Assembly (NCBI RefSeq): GCF_000315625.1
Contig: NW_005434669.1
Location: forward strand, 1,152,499-1,216,498
DNA length: 64,000 bases
Source: Guillardia theta CCMP2712
Taxonomy: Eukaryota; Protista; Cryptophyta
Direction of reading: 5' to 3'
Under the pieces are notes generated by a model. It was given only the letters and a program-made list of their open reading frames with translations, was not told where the DNA came from and did not search any database. Positions 20,570 to 31,065 of the stretch are shown here, one piece after another. A program made the translations under genes and the position numbers. Position 1 is the stretch's first letter. Each line of letters starts with the position of its first letter.

Positions 20570-23500
20570 TTGAACTGAAGGCGATGGGATAGTTGACTAA
20601 GATGTCAGTCAGATGAATTTAGTATAAGAACTTGAATCATGAATCGTGACTGACCTGTGGGGCACCGTTAGGCTGGGCCGCGGGGCGGTTCAATGTTGAC
20701 CGGCCGGTCTGACTCAGTGTCAATAGGGCCCGGTCCACTTCACTGTGCAACATCCTGAGTCACCGGGCCCCGGATAGTCACTGTGACGGTGGTCGGGTTG
20801 ACTCATCCTGAGCCAGGCCCGAACCCTGGAACTTGCACGAACCACATCCCCACTATGTCCCAATCCTTTATATGGTCCACCCCAACCTGAACTGAACCCC
20901 TCAAATTCTTGCCGTTGAAGTACCTACCGGGTACTTCCGTTATATACCTGGTTTAGTACCCTTACTTCAAACACTTTGACAGACGGTCCATCTGTCTCTT
21001 GCCCAGAGTCCACCCCCTCATTCTCCCACCACCCCCACCCCCACTTCCTACGCCTCATTTGGGTTCATCAGTTCACGTGGCGAGACTCGAGCTCCTCCGC
21101 CATGAATCTCAACAAGAAGACCATCGCCGATGTCGACGTCAAGGACAAGCGCGTTCTCATGCGCGTCGACTTCAACGTCCCTCAGGACAAGTCCTCTGGT
21201 GCCATCACCAACGTCCAGCGCATCGTCGGAGCCATGCCGACCATTCAGAAGGCTCTTGACAACGGCGCCAAGGCGGTCATCCTTATGTCCCACTTGGGCC
21301 GCCCTGACGGCAAGCCGAACGCCAAGATGACCCTCAAGCCCGTCGCCGACAAGCTCGGAGAGCTCATGAACAAGCCCGTCACCTTTCTCCCTGACTGCGT
21401 CGGCCCTGAGGTCGAGGCTGCATGCGCAAACCCAGCTCATGGCTCCATCATCCTGCTTGAGAACCTTCGCTGGCACGTGGAGGAGGAGGGCAAGGGCATC
21501 GAGCATTCCGCCAGCTGCAACGGCAAGAAGTGCTCTGATGACTGCAAGCCGTTCAAGGCCACCCCTGAAGAAGTCACCAAGTTCCGCGAGTCTCTTTCCA
21601 AGCTCGGAGATGTCTACGTCAACGACGCCTTCGGCACAGCTCATCGCGCCCACTCATCCATGGTTGGCATGAAGGGCAAGATGCCTTGCGTCAGCGGTCT
21701 CCTCGTTGCCAAGGAGCTCGAGGCCTTCTCAAGCGTGCTCAACCCGGACAAGGTCAAGAGACCTCTCCTCGCCATCGTTGGAGGGGCCAAGATCTCCGAC
21801 AAGATTATGGTAATTGAGAATCTGATCGACCAGTCCGACGGAATCATCCTCTGCGGTGGCATGGCCTACACCTTCATGAAGGTCTGCTTTGGCATGTCCA
21901 TCGGCAAGAGCCTTTACGACCAGAAGGGTGAAGTCTCTTCCCTTCCTCTCCCTAACTTTCGCACACTTGTGATCTCGTTTCATTGTTGCTTTCCCTCCTC
22001 CAGTCCTCTCCGACTTCTTCTCTGTCTCCGTGCATGTTGCATGCTATTTCACCTCTTCGTCTTGCTCCTCTAGGATGATCTCTTCCTGCTGTCTCAGTTA
22101 CGCTCACGCTTCTACCAACTGAGACCTGTCTTTGCAGGAGCCGAGCTGGCCCCCAAGCTGATGGAGAAGGCTAAGACCAAGGGGATTGAGATCGTTCTGC
22201 CCTGCGACTGGGCCTGCGGCCAGGAGTTTAAGAACGATCAAGAGATCAAGTTTGTGACCAAGGAGGAGGGCATCCCCGACGGCTGGGAGGGAATGGACTG
22301 CGGGCCTGAGTCGATGAAGCTCTTCCGCGACAAGATCCTCTCCTCCAAGACCGTCGTGTGGAACGGACCAGCTGGAGTGTTCGAGTTCGACAACTTCTCC
22401 AAGGGAACCAAGGCTCTCCTCGACGCGGTCGCTGAGACAACAGCTGCTGGAAACAACGGAATCATTGGAGGAGGAGACTCTGCCACTGCTGCTGCCAAGT
22501 TCAACATGGAGGATCAGGTTTCCTTCGTGTCCACAGGCGGAGGAGCATCCTTGGAGCTGCTTGAGGGCAAGATCTTGCCAGGCATTGAGGCGTTGGATGA
22601 CAACTAAACATTCAATAAATTAATTTCAAGTGAGCAGGACGGGAATGACATAATGGTGTTGCTGATGAAACAACTTGAGAACTCAGTGTTTTGAACATTT
22701 ACCACGACCAAACGACAATCCTTGGGCAAACAGCATCGCCACCAGCAAGCGTAAGGTGACATGGAAAAAGTGACAACAAATGACTCAGGCCTTGGCTGGG
22801 AGCCGCGTGGCTGCCCCTTCAGCTTACGCCGCACTCAGAGGTCAAGGGCTGAAAGTTCAATCCACCCTCGAACAAATGTCGGGGTCTCTGAACACGCAGC
22901 ACACACGGCCCTGCGACATTCCTTCAACAAGTAACCCGTACGTCAGTCACGATTTCTTATACCAACTTCATTGCTAAACAAACTCACTGACTGACTTCAG
23001 TCACATTCCTCAGCCCGTGCTCCTACTCCTCCCCTTCCAGTGGCATCAGCACCGGCTCTGCCAAGACCCTCTCCCGCTCTACCCCCTTCAGCTGGTACAC
23101 CCCCGCCACGCTCAGCTCCACCCTCCGCCTCCCTCCTCCCTCCCCCTTCAAGTCCACCTCCACCACCGCGTTCCTCCCCACCCCCGGCAGCTCCCTCCCC
23201 TCCTTCCGCATCCACGCTATCGCCCCCTCGTACTCCAGCAGGAGCTGCCCTCCCTCCGCCTGCGACATGATCCTCGCCGCCAGGTTGGGCAGAGCCCCGA
23301 AGTAGTCTGCTCTCCCGCTCACCAGCGGCTTCCTGAACGCTTCCGTCCCGTACGCCAGCCCCACCTGCAGCGACGACTTCCTGCCCTGCTCCTCCTCCTT
23401 CCCCCGCCCCTCGTCCTCTCCCTCCCTCCTCTTCCCCCAAGGCTCCCACAGCGCCTCCCACTCCTTCTGCACCGTCAGCCCGAAGGCCATGGCCATCCCC

Positions 23501-26500
23501 AGGTCGTCGAACACCAGCGTGAACTTCCCCGCCTCCGCCTCCTTGCACTCGTACCCGCCGTACTCCTCCAGCGCCTGTCGCAGGATCTGCCCGATCTTCT
23601 CCTGCCCCTCCCTCCAGCTCTCCTCCGCCTCCGGCCCCGCGCTCGCCGCCTCCTTGAGCCGTAGGAACATCACCGCGATCCCCTGCTTCGGGTCCGGCGA
23701 CTCCCGGTACCCCCTGCTCACCATCCTCTCCGACTCGATCGACGGGAACCATCGTCCTGCCAGCACGCTCGGGCTCATCTCGTACAGCTTCTGCACCTCT
23801 CCGCTCCCCGAGGCCCCGCCCCCCAGCAAGTGAGCCCCCAGGTCGATGCCCACGCAGCGGCTCGGCATCATGTTCCTCATGTACTTCCAGCTCTTCTCGT
23901 CCAGCACCACCTGCCCCCCATGCGCCAGTCGCCTCGTCCTGCTCGCCCCCGCCATCAGACCCTCCAGGTCCTCCGTCAGCGCTGCCTCTGACTCCCGAAG
24001 CATCCCCTCCAACGTCACCATCCCCATCCCCACCCGCGGCCCCGCGTACAGCAGCTGCCCGTCGATGCCGTGCTCCTCCTTGTACAGGTCCGGCAGCCCC
24101 TCGAACGGCAGCGTCGAGTGCAGCAGGACGACCTGCGCGGTCATGGCGAAGTGAGTCGCGTACTTGGGGTTGGGAAACACCACAAACGTCTCCTCCTCCC
24201 CCTCTCCTTCCATCACGTGCCCCCGGAAGCTCTGCGCCACCAGCGTCGCCGTCTCTCTCATCCACGCCTCAGCAAGAGCCCGCCTGCTCCCCGGCACCCC
24301 CACCACCCCCAGACACACGCACGTCGTGTTCATCCTCGCCAGCGACAAGGACTGCTCGAGCGGGTGCACGCGCAGCTGCCGCCCCTCCGTCACCTGGTGA
24401 AGCCCTCGCAGGCTCCCGCTAAACCCCCGCACAGGCTCCGTCGGCAGCTTCCACACTGGTCCAGACAGCTGGTAGAGCTTGACCTGCGTCCCCTTGACGC
24501 TGCTGCTGTCTCCTCCCACCTGGTACACCCCCAGCTCGTGCAGGATCGGGTTGCCTGCCTTGTACAGTCCGGAGCAGAAGGAGATGGCCTCGAACAGCTC
24601 CTGCGAGATCAGCGTCTGACCCCCTTGCGCCCCGTTCCCTATCGCCTGAGCGATCTTGTACCCCTCCCCCTCGAACACCATGTCCCGCGTGATGTCGTGG
24701 ATCCTGACCGTGAAGTCCCTTCCCTTCCTCGCCAGGTGCTCTCCCACCCTCACTCGCGGCCCCCGGTACACCAGCCTCTCGTGCTCGTCGTACATCTCCT
24801 CGCACCCCGACAGGCCCAGCACCCGCTTGTCCCACTCGTGCTTCATCAGCCGCGTCTGCAGGGCGTTGCAGAAGCAGACGGCGAGAGACGGCTCGACGAA
24901 GGCGAGCTCGAAGGAGTCGCCCTGCGACATGACCTCGTACCCCGAGTACTCGTCCACCAGCTGCCGCACAAGCGCGTCGTGGATCTCGAGGATCTCCCGG
25001 AAGAGGGCGGGGTTGGTCTCAGCTAGAAGCGTGCTGGACTCCATGTCGGTGATGACGAAGGTTACGTTCTCAGCTGTGAAGACAGCCTCTGCTCGCTGAT
25101 CCATCAGTGATGAGGCAGTGTCTGACGTCTCGTCTCCATCCTCACTCTCTTCTTTTTCCTCACCGATGACCTCAAGACGTGGAACGACTTGTCCAGTAAT
25201 AGGCAGCGGCATAAAGGCAAGCACGTCGTAGATCTCCTTCATGCTGTCCATCTGATGCTTCCTCCTCCTCTCCTGCTGCTCCACGTGCTGGTAGTAGTGC
25301 TCCATCCGCTTGTACGCCCATCCCCCCAGGCAGCCCAGCAACACCACAGGAATGATCACGGACAGGATGATCGCCAGCAGAAGCCGTTGGTTGGTCGGCG
25401 AGTACAGCACCCCTCGACTCGAGCTGCTCGACTTGAGCCCGGCTGCGTTGGTCGCTCTCACCTCATAGAAGTAGACCCACCCGTCCTCTAGCCTGTACCC
25501 GCTCTCAGACACGGCATAACGACCGGTCCTTGCTGTGTACGCCGTCTTGTTGACGCTCTTCCATTCGCCCACGGCCTCGGAGCTTTCTCCGTCTCTCCTG
25601 CGCTTGTGCACGCGATACTCATACCGCACTACGCTTGACTCAGCCTCCACGAAGTCTGACCAGCACGCCTCCAGCACCTCGTCTACTCGTGCAGTATCCT
25701 CCTCCTTGCAGAACTGCGAGTCATAGATAGTAGACGGCAGCGGAGGCGTCGAGTCCACCAGGAACGGCCTGGACGATATCGTCGTCGACAGAGGAGGCCC
25801 AGCCCCGTTGTATCCCTTCAGCAAGATCTTGTACCACCCTCCGTTGATCAGCGCGAGCCCGTTGGCCTTGTACTGCTGCCGGTACATGGTCAGCCCGTCC
25901 GAGGTCTTGTACGAGAAGGCCGTCAAGGCAGTGAAGGCCATGGCGTCGTCTCGATCGTGGCAGGAGGTCTCGTCGTCGCACATGTCTATCCCCCAGTAGT
26001 AGGACCGCATCCCGCTGTCCGGGTCCGAGAACTCCGGGAACTCGAACGAGAACTCCTGCAGCGACGCGATCACCGTCTCCGACCTGATGCCGCACCCCTC
26101 CTCCGCCCTGCACACTGCCGGGGTCAGGTCGCACACTCCCTGTACCCTCCCGGGGTTGTCCACCGAGTCGTCGACCTGTAGAAACGTTCCTACCACATGC
26201 GCGGTACGCAGCTTTCCCTGCTTCACAAGACACTCGGGCACAGGGCCGCAGAGACTTGGGTTGTTCGCCGGATGAACAACATTGATGTCGATGAGCTTGT
26301 TGCTATTGACAGACTTTATCAGGTTGCACCATTCCAGCGGTATCGCCCCTTCAAACTTGTTGACATCAAAGTACAGGTCCTTCAGCGCGAGCATGGAGCC
26401 CAGCTCGGCCGGCAGAGGACCCGTCAGCTGGTTGTCTCGCAGTAGAAGTCTCTGCAGCTTCTGCAGCCTCGCCATCTCTCGGGGAATCTCTCCAGAGAAC

Positions 26501-26933
26501 TCATTCACATGAAGATACGCCAGCCTCAGCTCCGTCAGATTCCCAAGATAGGGCGACAGATAGCCATTGAGGCGTTTGTTCGAAGGCTTGGAAGGGCCGA
26601 AGTCAAGGTGGTAAACATGCTGGTAGGTGGTGTCGATGCCGTCGCAGAAGTCCAACCCATCCGCTGGATACAGCGCACAGCAGTCACAGATCACTCCTGA
26701 CCAGTCACACGGATGCGAGCTCGGATCGTCAATATACCAGTTGTTGAGCAGCCCGTCATGCTTCCCAATGGCACGTCGGAAATTCACCAGAGCCTCTCTG
26801 TCGACAGGATGCATGGGGATGGTCGTGTTCTTGCTCTCGAGATGTTTGATGCCATTCGGGCAGCATCTTGACGTTGGGACGTCGGTACATCGATCTCCTA
26901 GAACGTGTATGAAGCCCGACAGCGCCAACACAA
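16665..26933. repeat. ~3.9-kb inverted duplication (arms 16665-20557 and 23035-26933) enclosing PGK
   Basis: The arms are reverse complements and nearly identical except for discrete patches. Homology is essentially limited to the CDSs. Confidence 0.95.
21102..22607 (+). CDS. PGK: Phosphoglycerate kinase, probably cytosolic (exons 21102-21927, 22138-22607)
   Basis: Motifs [62 protein letters not shown]. Phase-1 GT-AG intron 21928-22137. Strong C3 codon bias. No targeting leader. Confidence 0.97.
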
Positions 26934-26976
26934 CAACAGAGAGCCAGTGTTTTGCAGGAGGTCGCGACAGGAGCAT
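23023..26976 (-). CDS. Receptor-type adenylyl cyclase copy B (same architecture as copy A)
   Basis: Intronless 1317-aa ORF, near-identical paralog of 16601..20569. Confidence 0.9.
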   Translation of the reverse strand: MLLSRPPAKHWLSVVVLALSGFIHVLGDRCTDVPTSRCCPNGIKHLESKNTTIPMHPVDREALVNFRRAIGKHDGLLNNWYIDDPSSHPCDWSGVICDCCALYPADGLDFCDGIDTTYQHVYHLDFGPSKPSNKRLNGYLSPYLGNLTELRLAYLHVNEFSGEIPREMARLQKLQRLLLRDNQLTGPLPAELGSMLALKDLYFDVNKFEGAIPLEWCNLIKSVNSNKLIDINVVHPANNPSLCGPVPECLVKQGKLRTAHVVGTFLQVDDSVDNPGRVQGVCDLTPAVCRAEEGCGIRSETVIASLQEFSFEFPEFSDPDSGMRSYYWGIDMCDDETSCHDRDDAMAFTALTAFSYKTSDGLTMYRQQYKANGLALINGGWYKILLKGYNGAGPPLSTTISSRPFLVDSTPPLPSTIYDSQFCKEEDTARVDEVLEACWSDFVEAESSVVRYEYRVHKRRRDGESSEAVGEWKSVNKTAYTARTGRYAVSESGYRLEDGWVYFYEVRATNAAGLKSSSSSRGVLYSPTNQRLLLAIILSVIIPVVLLGCLGGWAYKRMEHYYQHVEQQERRRKHQMDSMKEIYDVLAFMPLPITGQVVPRLEVIGEEKEESEDGDETSDTASSLMDQRAEAVFTAENVTFVITDMESSTLLAETNPALFREILEIHDALVRQLVDEYSGYEVMSQGDSFELAFVEPSLAVCFCNALQTRLMKHEWDKRVLGLSGCEEMYDEHERLVYRGPRVRVGEHLARKGRDFTVRIHDITRDMVFEGEGYKIAQAIGNGAQGGQTLISQELFEAISFCSGLYKAGNPILHELGVYQVGGDSSSVKGTQVKLYQLSGPVWKLPTEPVRGFSGSLRGLHQVTEGRQLRVHPLEQSLSLARMNTTCVCLGVVGVPGSRRALAEAWMRETATLVAQSFRGHVMEGEGEEETFVVFPNPKYATHFAMTAQVVLLHSTLPFEGLPDLYKEEHGIDGQLLYAGPRVGMGMVTLEGMLRESEAALTEDLEGLMAGASRTRRLAHGGQVVLDEKSWKYMRNMMPSRCVGIDLGAHLLGGGASGSGEVQKLYEMSPSVLAGRWFPSIESERMVSRGYRESPDPKQGIAVMFLRLKEAASAGPEAEESWREGQEKIGQILRQALEEYGGYECKEAEAGKFTLVFDDLGMAMAFGLTVQKEWEALWEPWGKRREGEDEGRGKEEEQGRKSSLQVGLAYGTEAFRKPLVSGRADYFGALPNLAARIMSQAEGGQLLLEYEGAIAWMRKEGRELPGVGRNAVVEVDLKGEGGGRRRVELSVAGVYQLKGVERERVLAEPVLMPLEGEE

Positions 26977-27275
26977 CTTCTTGTGTTATCTGAACCTTCA
27001 AGCCGCCATGGCTCTGCTCGTCTTCGTTGCTCTGACCTCCTATGCCGTCCTTGCCCGTGGGGCAATGACCAAGCTCTTTTTTCACGAACCACTTTGGTTC
27101 GTTAGACCTCCATTGAATTGCCTGCGCTCAAATTTGAAATTACAATATCCTATATTTCAAAATCTTCAATGATTTCTGCGCATGTTGAGTAAACTTTAGT
27201 ACCTACTGATGGTTAAGATATGTCAGGCGCTGATATCTTACTTGATATCGAGCCACGTGACCAGGCGTGCTGGTC

Positions 27276-27429
27276 CTCGTACTGATATTTAACTTAACTT
27301 TGAGTAAAGCGTGTTCCGCTGAGTTCAGTGACCTGTCAACTTCCGGCCCGGCCCGCCGGCCACTCCCCGATGACCCGGACTTACTGGAGAAATGCCTTTA
27401 CTCAAAGTTAAGTTAAAAATCAGTACGAG
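27276..27429. repeat. 34-bp inverted repeat pair (MITE-like or cruciform element)
   Basis: 27276-27309 ctcgtactgatatttaacttaactttgagtaaag is the reverse complement of 27396-27429 with 1 mismatch; 86-bp spacer. Confidence 0.8.
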
Positions 27430-27532
27430 ACTCAGAGAAATGCGCCCTTGCGGCTATCGAGGGATACAAGGAAATGCTTCCATCGCAGATCGTCAGAACT
27501 AACAGAGACAGCGTGTACATACATCTACAGCC

Positions 27533-30500
27533 ATGAGACATCTTGTTCCTGCTGCTTCACTCCTTGTTGCCCTTCATCTCGAGGTTCCTTGTACACCCTT
27601 GAGTTCGGATTTTCTCAGTGAACCTCTAGCAAGTCTTATCGTTCCATACGATCCCTTCCATCCGGACAAGAGCAGGTGTCTTCTCATCTCGTCTGAACAC
27701 TCCTCCTCACTGTTGGATAGCAAACCTCCGCGCACAACACCTCAACCAGAATGACACTCCGTTCATCGAGGCGCTGTTGGTAACCACTCTACCTGGAATC
27801 TTCAGGTTCAGTCACAAGATAGCAACCAGCGAGCAAGCCGCAAAGTCAAGACTTCCTTCTTCTTCCCTGGGCATCAGCTGGGCAGGTAGATGGTGGTATC
27901 GTACTCGCAACGTTCTTGCTGATGTTTGCCGGCAGAGGAACTCCATCAGTGTTGGACCACAACGTCATGTGCGGCAAATCGGTGATGCTTCTGAGCACGA
28001 TCCTGATGGTTTCTGATCGCTCCTCAACAGACAGAAATTCTCAAGTATGACCTTCCAGAGGACATCGAAGACATCGACTGCCTGAGGTCTTGCACGTCGA
28101 CCCTGCTCTGACTCTCGCTCTCTGCTCATGCGCTTTCACGTGGCAAGCTTTCCCGAAGGTCCGATCAAGCATGCACAAGATCTGGCCTCTTCACTCTTCG
28201 GTGACAGCATCAACCCCTCCTCCCCCTCTTTCCCTGATCGATCTCGCCATGTCGTGTGATCCGATGATGCAGGAGCGAGGTCGACTTTCTTCCTGTGCAA
28301 CGGCAGCACGGTAGGGATTCTTGCCTCGGTGTTCGCGAGCATGCAGGCAAGAGCGTTCCCCTGCTCGTGTCTATTTTCTGACGAGTTTCTTACAGCTTTT
28401 CAAACGGTCAAGACGAACGATGTCGGAAAGGTTCACTAGGCTTTAAGCGTTATCTGGTACACTGACAGTTTCCTGACCTGTCGACTAGACCGCCGGTTGT
28501 CATCTTGCCCAGGTCAATGTTTTCTTTTGTCGAGACGTTGCAATCATGGGAGGAACAGAAATTGTCACAAATCTTCGATTCAAGCTTTGATCATCTCGGG
28601 AGCTCAACCAGGTGTGGACGCTGACTCGCATGCATGCATTGTATCTGTGATGGGTTTGTCAACTGCACACTCACGAAGATGGTCAGTGTTCCTCAACCCC
28701 GAGCTCGACACAACCTTCGACGTTCATCATGGCTTCAACATGGAGGAAAGAAAATCTCATGCACCAATAAGACGATGATGATGAGCCTACAAACAGGATC
28801 TTGAAGAGGCCTTGGCAGCAAATGAAGGGAACGTTGCAGCAGTCCTGATGGTACATGCTGCTCTCGGGGCAGGAGAAGTTTTCCTCATCGTTATCAGTTG
28901 TCGCCGACATACTATGGATCGATCCTGGATGTTAGAGCAGTTCAGCAAAGACTTCGTCAAGGTGGGCAGCTATCGTATCAACTCCATTTCGTCCTCCCAC
29001 TTTGACCGCAGAGGAATGCTGGATCCCACTTATCGTGGATGAAGCCCACGGATCGCATCTCCGTAAGTCTCCTTAAGCTTCTTCATCTGTATCCATTTCC
29101 TCTCTCTCACTTATCCATCTGATCTCCTAGCGTTTTTGTCTTGTTTCCTCCTACGATCCTGCCGCTCTTTCTCCACATGAACCCCTTGCCCCTCGTGGAG
29201 GATAAGCCTTGCGACTCGTGTTTTGTCCTGTGATCTCACCGATCTTCATATTTCCTGCAGGTTTCCTCGCCGACGCAGGTCATCTTCCTCCTTGCGACGG
29301 CCTATCCTCAGGTGCTGATTTGGTTGTTCAGAGCATTCACAAGGTGAGGAGGAGGAGGAGGAGGAGGAGGAGGAGGAGGAGGAGGAGGAGGAGGAGGAGG
29401 AGGAGGAGGAGGAGGAGGAGGAAACCCGCACTGACTAGCAACAGACTCTCACGTCACTTACACAATCATCTCTTCTTCATGTCGGAGGGGCGGAGGGAAG
29501 GAGCGGGGATAGGGAGGATCTCACTCGAGCTATTGCTGTTGCCCTGGACATGCTACAGAGCTCAAGTCCCTCATCACTGTGAGATGTGCATCCTTGCCAG
29601 TGAATGAGATAAAAAACTCTTTAATCGGCATGAGTGTAATAACGATGCTGCTGCTGCTGCTTTTATTATTGCTTTTGCTTTTGCTTTTACTATTGCTTTT
29701 GCTTTTGCTTTTACTATTGCTTTTGCTTTTGCTTTTGCTTTTGCTTTTGCTTTTGCTTTTGCTTTTGCTTTTGCTTTTGCTTTTGCTTTTGCTTTTGCTT
29801 TTGCTTTTGCTTTTGCTTTTGCTTTTGCTATTTCTATTAGTTGTTGATGATGGTGGTGATAGAGATGTCCTTGTTGTTGGTGATAGTGATTGTGAAGAGC
29901 ATCTGACAATGTTTGCAGACTTCTAGCTTCTCTTGATGCTACAAGGTGTTTTGTTGGTTTCCATCTCACTAGTGAGACATTGTAAAGATGGCAGTTTGGA
30001 AGTGAGGGAGGAGGAGGTAGAGAGAAACTTACTGCTGTCTCCCAATTGTCTAACAGGACAAGGAGGGCTATAAGTGAGATTTGCACCTCTACCGTCTTAC
30101 AATGACATCGTTCAAGGGCGACTCAAACACTTCAAGCTGCTAGAGCAGGAGCACCGCATTCAGACTTGTATCGCACTGGACCCTCTGCGTCTCACCCTTC
30201 TCACTCCTCACGGACTCTCCGCGGAGGACGCGGCGGAGCTTCTTGAGAGCAGGTGTGAGACAAACGAGGGTTGCTGAAGCTGCTGAGGAGGAGGCAGGCA
30301 TGGAGTGTACGTCGAGATATCGGAGGGTCGTCTCCTCACCGCAGCTCTCGGAATTGCTTCAACTGCACAAGACTGTGCCAAGCTTGTACGAGGTGACAAT
30401 CAGGAGGATGTTGACTACTTTGACTCGCATGACAGGCCTCCGTGTGCTGGACCAACAGGCCAGTTCTAGCCACAGAGAACGAGAGGAGAGAGCGGGGATG

Positions 30501-31020
30501 GTGGCGGAGGAGGAAGAGGTAGGGGTCGAGGGAAGCTTCATACCGGTCACCCCAGCAATGTCTACCAAACCCTCCCTTACCCCGCGGGAAGTATACTTCG
30601 CAGCTGTTGAGGAGGTTACATTCTTGTTTTCCGCTGCGTTGGCTCGTCTGAAGCATCACTCAGATCTCGGTTGATAACAGCGCCGGGCGAACGAGTGCGG
30701 AGACCCTTGTGACGTACGTTGCTTCTCGTCAAACTCCGGCTGATGCGGAGGCAGGTATCCTCCAGGGATTCCCATCCTCTTTCCTGGCGAGGTAAATGGA
30801 ACATGCTACCAGATGAATCTCTGACTACAGGCAGCAGATTATCACCCAGCCTGCTGTCGCAGCATTAAAACGAGCACGAATAGACAAAGTAAGAGTCTGC
30901 AAAATCGGTTTGTGAGTTTCAATTAAATCTACAAGTAACTTGTAAGGGATCTTCGAAAGAGAGACGCCCTTGACGAAAATGGACAAAATCAAAAAGAAGA
31001 TAGAGATTGTTGGTGAATAG
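27533..31020 (+). CDS. PLP-dependent Orn/Lys/Arg decarboxylase (multi-exon)
   Basis: Exons: QNDTPFIEALL, FFFPGHQLG, YDLPED, PEGPIKHAQDLA, FLCNGSTVGI, RNCHKS, SPTYYG, VDEAHGSH, ADLVVQSIHK/TLTSLTQSSLLH (PLP lysine), LQSSSPS, LASLD, DPLRLT, YPPGIPILFPGE. Ends approximate. Confidence 0.9.
29345..29421. repeat. (GGA)n microsatellite in decarboxylase intron
   Basis: Direct read. Confidence 0.95.
29660..29830. repeat. (TTTTGC)n repeat in decarboxylase intron
   Basis: Direct read. Confidence 0.95.
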
Positions 31021-31065
31021 AGAACTTGGTTTTGCGTTTTTGTCTCTGTGCCTTGATTTGTTTCG

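Noticed and set aside
19327-20592. 421-aa Gly/Ala/Arg-rich alternate-frame ORF (and its 422-aa twin at 22997..24265, plus 318-aa antisense ORFs)
   Set aside because: Shadow ORFs caused by the extreme G/C codon bias of the cyclase CDS. Their conservation is explained by the duplication.
20976-21101. N-terminal extension of PGK as a targeting peptide
   Set aside because: It starts at TTG and has no hydrophobic signal core. The first ATG (21102) matches the normal PGK start.
29574-30086. Poly-AK / poly-L ORFs (also poly-M, poly-I, poly-D and poly-AP ORFs at 1126, 40464 and 41760-42296)
   Set aside because: Translations of simple repeats, mostly intronic.
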